Positions 60,401 through 64,000 of a stretch of 64,000 nucleotides of DNA are shown here, piece by piece. The stretch lies in assembly GCF_964355755.1 (NCBI RefSeq), contig NC_092670.1, positions 40,412,388 through 40,476,387 of the forward strand, read 5' to 3'. Below the pieces are notes generated by a model. The model was not told where the DNA came from and searched no databases. It worked only from the letters and a program-made list of their open reading frames with translations. The stretch comes from Antedon mediterranea (taxonomy: Eukaryota; Animalia; Echinodermata). The position numbers and the translations under genes were made by a program. Position 1 is the stretch's first letter. Every line of letters begins with the position of its first letter.

Positions 60401-63160
60401 TAATAATGTTACATAATGTGACATAAATAATAATGTCAGATAATGTGACATAAATAATAGTCACATAATGTGACAAAAATAATAATGTCACATAATGTGA
60501 CATAAATAATAATGTCACATAATGTGACATAAATAATAATGTCACATAATGTGACATAAATAATAATGTCAGATAATGTGACATTAATGATGATGTCACA
60601 TAATATGACATAAATAATAATGTCACATAATATGATAAAAATAATAATGTGACATAAATAATAATGTTAGAGGTGATAAGGTGATGATGTCATATTTATG
60701 AAGTGATGATGTCATATTATGGAAGTGATGTCATATTTATGAAGTGATGATGTCATATTTATGAAGTGATGATGTCATATTAAGTATATGATGATGTCAT
60801 ATTAAGTAAGTGATGATGTCATATTAAGTAAGTGATGATGTCATATTTAAGAATTGATGATGTCATTATTATGAAGTGATGATGTCATATTAAGTAAGTG
60901 ATGATGTCATAAAGAAGGGGATTTAAATGTACAGCAATTTTTTCTCTTTCAGGCAAACGAAGATAATAGTAAATCATTAGAGCTTTCATTTGAATATTTA
61001 ATGGCAAAGGATAGTCTGAAGTGGATCACAATCAAAACAGAAGATGCTATCCTAATGAGTCTCTGTTTACAGGGCATGGTTGATGAACTTATTATGTGCA
61101 AGAAAGGCCTAAAAATGAAAAAGGTATCAACATTTTGTTTAACATCATGACATTTCAATCTCCAAGACAATAACAATTTGGGCTATCATTTTATTTTAAT
61201 CTTTAACCTATAAACGTATTTAAATTTACATGCTATCTTTCTGGTTTGAATTTCAGTTTTTAAATCTGTTTCTGTTGTAAATGTTTTTTCTTTGTCCTAG
61301 TGAGCCATAATACTGTTCTGTTTTTTCTTTGTCCTAGTGAGCCATAATACTGTTCTGTTTTTTCTTTGTCCTAGTGAGCCATAATACTGTTCTGTTTTTT
61401 CTTTGTCCTAGTGAGCCATAATACTGTTCTGTTTTTTCTTTGTCCTAGTGAGCCATAATACTGTTCTATTTTTTCTTTGCATTTGTCATTATTATCTAAA
61501 TAAATGCTTATGAAAATTAATTGAAACATTTTGATTTAATCTTTTTTCTACAGCCCTCAGATCGAATTAAAGGTCCTCAAAGGCAGTACAAGAGCAGAGA
61601 TGGTGGAATCATTATTACAAGATCAACCACCAACAATGCCGCTGCCATTCCAGACCCTCCGGTATTTTATAACTAATTCTAATAATCAAATTCAAAATCC
61701 AATAATGTCATTTTACTTCAATAATAAAGTCCTATTCATTTCATTTATTCATGGTCAAACTCAGTAAAATATAGTCCATGGTTTGAAATCATTTTCGTTT
61801 GTTTAAAGTTAAAAATTCACATAAAAATTAGTCAAAAAGGTTAAAATTTGGTAAAATACGATAAAATACATCGTATAAAGACCTCTAAAGTCAGAAGTTC
61901 TTCACAAAATAAGACACAGAGAAAAAACATTCTCCAAATATAGACTGGAAACTCTGACAAACATTTTTAAAAATCTCAACTTTTTCAGATTAAAACTTTG
62001 TTGTTTTCTTAGCACTACTTTCAATTGATTGTAAGGTTTCTTCATTTTACTAATTTGTTTAGGTTTTACAAAAGCCACAAGAGATCCATTCAGATCAAAA
62101 AAAGAATTCAGTAAGTAATTTGGTTTATTTTATTTTAAGTTAGCAACAAATTTAGAATCTAAGACCATGGCGCTGAAAGGCTTAGAATTCATATTGCAAT
62201 TCATCTTGTCTAAGTCTAATACTATGCTTAAGAACTTTATTGCAATCCGCCCCAGGCCCATACCCATATTAACATTTTTAATTCCAGTCTTCATCTATTT
62301 CGTCGTAGCTGTTTCTAAGTTGTTTTAATTGTCTTTGTTTCTGTTAAATCAAGCTGTAAGTGGCGGATTTGTTTCTGCTGCTGTTTTTGATTTTAAAATA
62401 AAAATAAAAAATATTTGCTAGACTTGTAATTTAATTAATTTATTTGTCCTTAGTTTTCTAGCTTTGTAAAATTAATTTTTTTTTTTTAATGACCATACAC
62501 CCAAGTGATAACTGAATACAAGGTCATAAACCTAGAATTGATGAATTTGGTCCAAAATTAAACCAAACTCCACTTTATGCAAATAATACCTCCATATAAT
62601 AAAAATACTAATGTTCAATTTATATAGCGCAAAATGCAGTTTGGCTCTAAGCGCTGAACAATCAACAGAAAATGTTATAAAAGAGAAAAAGATATATGTA
62701 GAAAGTAGAAATTAAAAAGGGATTTGACGAGTGACTCAGCTTTCCTGATTGAGTTTGAAAGGGCGTTCCAAAGAACAGCAGCTGACCAGGAAAAGGCGCG
62801 TTGTCCATAATATTTTGTTGAAGGCCGTGTAAAGCTCTGTCTTCACTGTAAAACTTTATGTGACAACAAAATGTGATGTGCCTATGATATATGGACATAT
62901 CACTACCATAATTGGGTATATCACACTTTTTTAAAAAACTAGTTTGATAGTGTAGACAGAGCTTAAGTATAGGCCTGAATAAAACCTATGATAGGTCGTC
63001 TCAATATCGAAGTTGAATGGAATCAATTTGTAGAACTTTCTCAATTTTATTGTTTTCGTTTCAGGAAAAAATGCATTCAACTTTGCCACCAAAAAGTAGA
63101 GGAGCAGCAGCTCACATTGAGAACGAAATCTTTGAAGGGATTGGTGATGATGACCTTTAA
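54410..63160 (+). CDS. SNX17: Sorting nexin-17 (PX-FERM), 12 coding exons, about 465 aa
   Basis: Exons 54410-54469, 55534-55732, 56133-56308, 58432-58522, 58878-58962, 59187-59256, 59466-59558, 59830-60030, 60953-61123, 61554-61661, 62063-62110, 63065-63160. Begins MHFSIPDTE; PX domain (HVNGV.H...RYSQL, FPPKK); FERM motifs DFESPY, YWD, F.ITRMRCWRIT, LSFEYL, AILMSLCLQGMVDEL; ends FEGIGDDDL. Confidence 0.95.
54970..55351. mobile_element. Non-autonomous DNA transposon with long TIRs and 8-bp TSD (ATGAATAC)
   Basis: GGTCCTCCTAAATACCAAGACCTACCAA...CCTGTCAATTTAAAGTGTT mirrored at the right end. ATGAATAC at 54962-54969 and 55352-55359. Confidence 0.8.
55875..56028. mobile_element. MITE family A remnant with 5 copies of the internal 21-bp repeat
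   Basis: (TGCCCAAATATGGTAGTGATA)n followed by the TIR remnant AGTGTAGACAGA. Confidence 0.7.
60040..60910. repeat. Two adjacent AT-rich minisatellites in an SNX17 intron
   Basis: About 27-bp ATAATAATGTCACATAATGTGACATAA (60040-60670), then about 22-bp GAAGTGATGATGTCATATTTAT (60680-60910). Confidence 0.9.
61282..61480. repeat. Tandem repeat, 37-bp unit, about 5 copies
   Basis: TGTTTTTTCTTTGTCCTAGTGAGCCATAATACTGTTC repeated. Confidence 0.9.
62833..62963. mobile_element. MITE family A copy
   Basis: TAA...TAA target duplication and both TIRs. Confidence 0.8.
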
Positions 63161-64000
63161 ACTTTATCTCGGTGTAAAGTTCAAAGGTCAAACGAGTCTA
63201 TACAATTGGATATAGAATACATTTTAATTAAATTATAACATATCTAAATTTGTAAAGATTATGTAAATATAGAAAACAGTGATCATGTTGTAACTTTCAT
63301 AATATGAAAGATTAAAAGATTTTAAATATTTTTTCACAAAGAAATTGGTTAAAACAATATTTTATTTGAAAATATCTACTACAAATTATGTAGGTAAAAA
63401 AGTAACTTATTTTTATCAAACACCAAATGTGCTTTAGTAGTATTATATAAGCATTGAGAAGGTCAAAGGTCAATTAAACATTTGGTAGGTGAAAGGTTAT
63501 TATACTATGGACATTGGATATTTGAAATTGATTCTGTTCTTCCTTTGTTGTGGGTAATTGTATTATTCATTTTAAGAAAACACTAATTTTAGAGGTATAG
63601 AATGTTTTATGTTTAATTAAGCATTTTTAATGAATCAGCATTATTATCTCATAATTTGGCATATTTTTTCTTAGATTTTTACCCAATTTTTGTACGTACA
63701 GTAATTATAATCCATAACAGATTTGTAATAACAAATATTACAGTATTTGTTGTTACATCAATTTGGTGCTTATAAAAACTGTCCTTTTTAATAGAAGCAT
63801 TTATGCAAACTACCAATTTTTCCAGGAATTGTTTAATATTTGGCAGCTAGTTATTCAGTTTAGTGCTAATTTATAACACTGACATACTACTATATATTTG
63901 ATGTCATTTTGCTTCCATCATGGTAAACCATGTAAGTTTCACTTTGCTGAAACCAAATAATTAATTTGATAAAAACTAGTTCAGTACTAATCGGTAGATT

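Noticed and set aside
62988-63215. 75-aa ORF as the last SNX17 exon
   Set aside because: Wrong frame. The spliced frame from 63065 gives EKMH...FEGIGDDDL*.

Overview
AT-rich, intron-containing animal genomic DNA, not prokaryotic. An invertebrate deuterostome such as an echinoderm is my inference only. Five spliced protein-coding genes can be rebuilt with GT-AG introns and consistent phases: ABHD13 (+, 1476-4794), a MKRN2OS/DUF4796-like gene (-, 6441-7907), a very large eyes shut (EYS) orthologue (+, 8796-42566; 45 coding exons, about 4350 aa), a 14-3-3 zeta-like gene (-, 47340-50845) and SNX17 (+, 54410-63160). Introns and intergenic DNA carry many MITEs (three PIF/Harbinger-like families with TAA/TTA target duplications, a Tc1/mariner-like family and an 8-bp-TSD element), tRNA-derived and Nin/Deu-type SINE fragments, a Helentron-like end and several minisatellites. 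The most notable observations are: (1) TAGGCCTA/CTAG clusters just downstream of the first exon of four genes and nearly absent elsewhere; (2) four duplications of EYS splice junctions at different stages of decay, one with the geometry of intron gain by tandem duplication; (3) a perfect 140-bp-arm palindrome; (4) an EYS architecture with about 55 N-terminal EGF repeats, four LamG domains and a cupredoxin/ephrin-like N-terminal domain; (5) a candidate poison or decayed exon that would remove the Retriever-binding tail of SNX17. Exon coordinates were read by eye and family assignments rest on recalled motifs; no database search was run.
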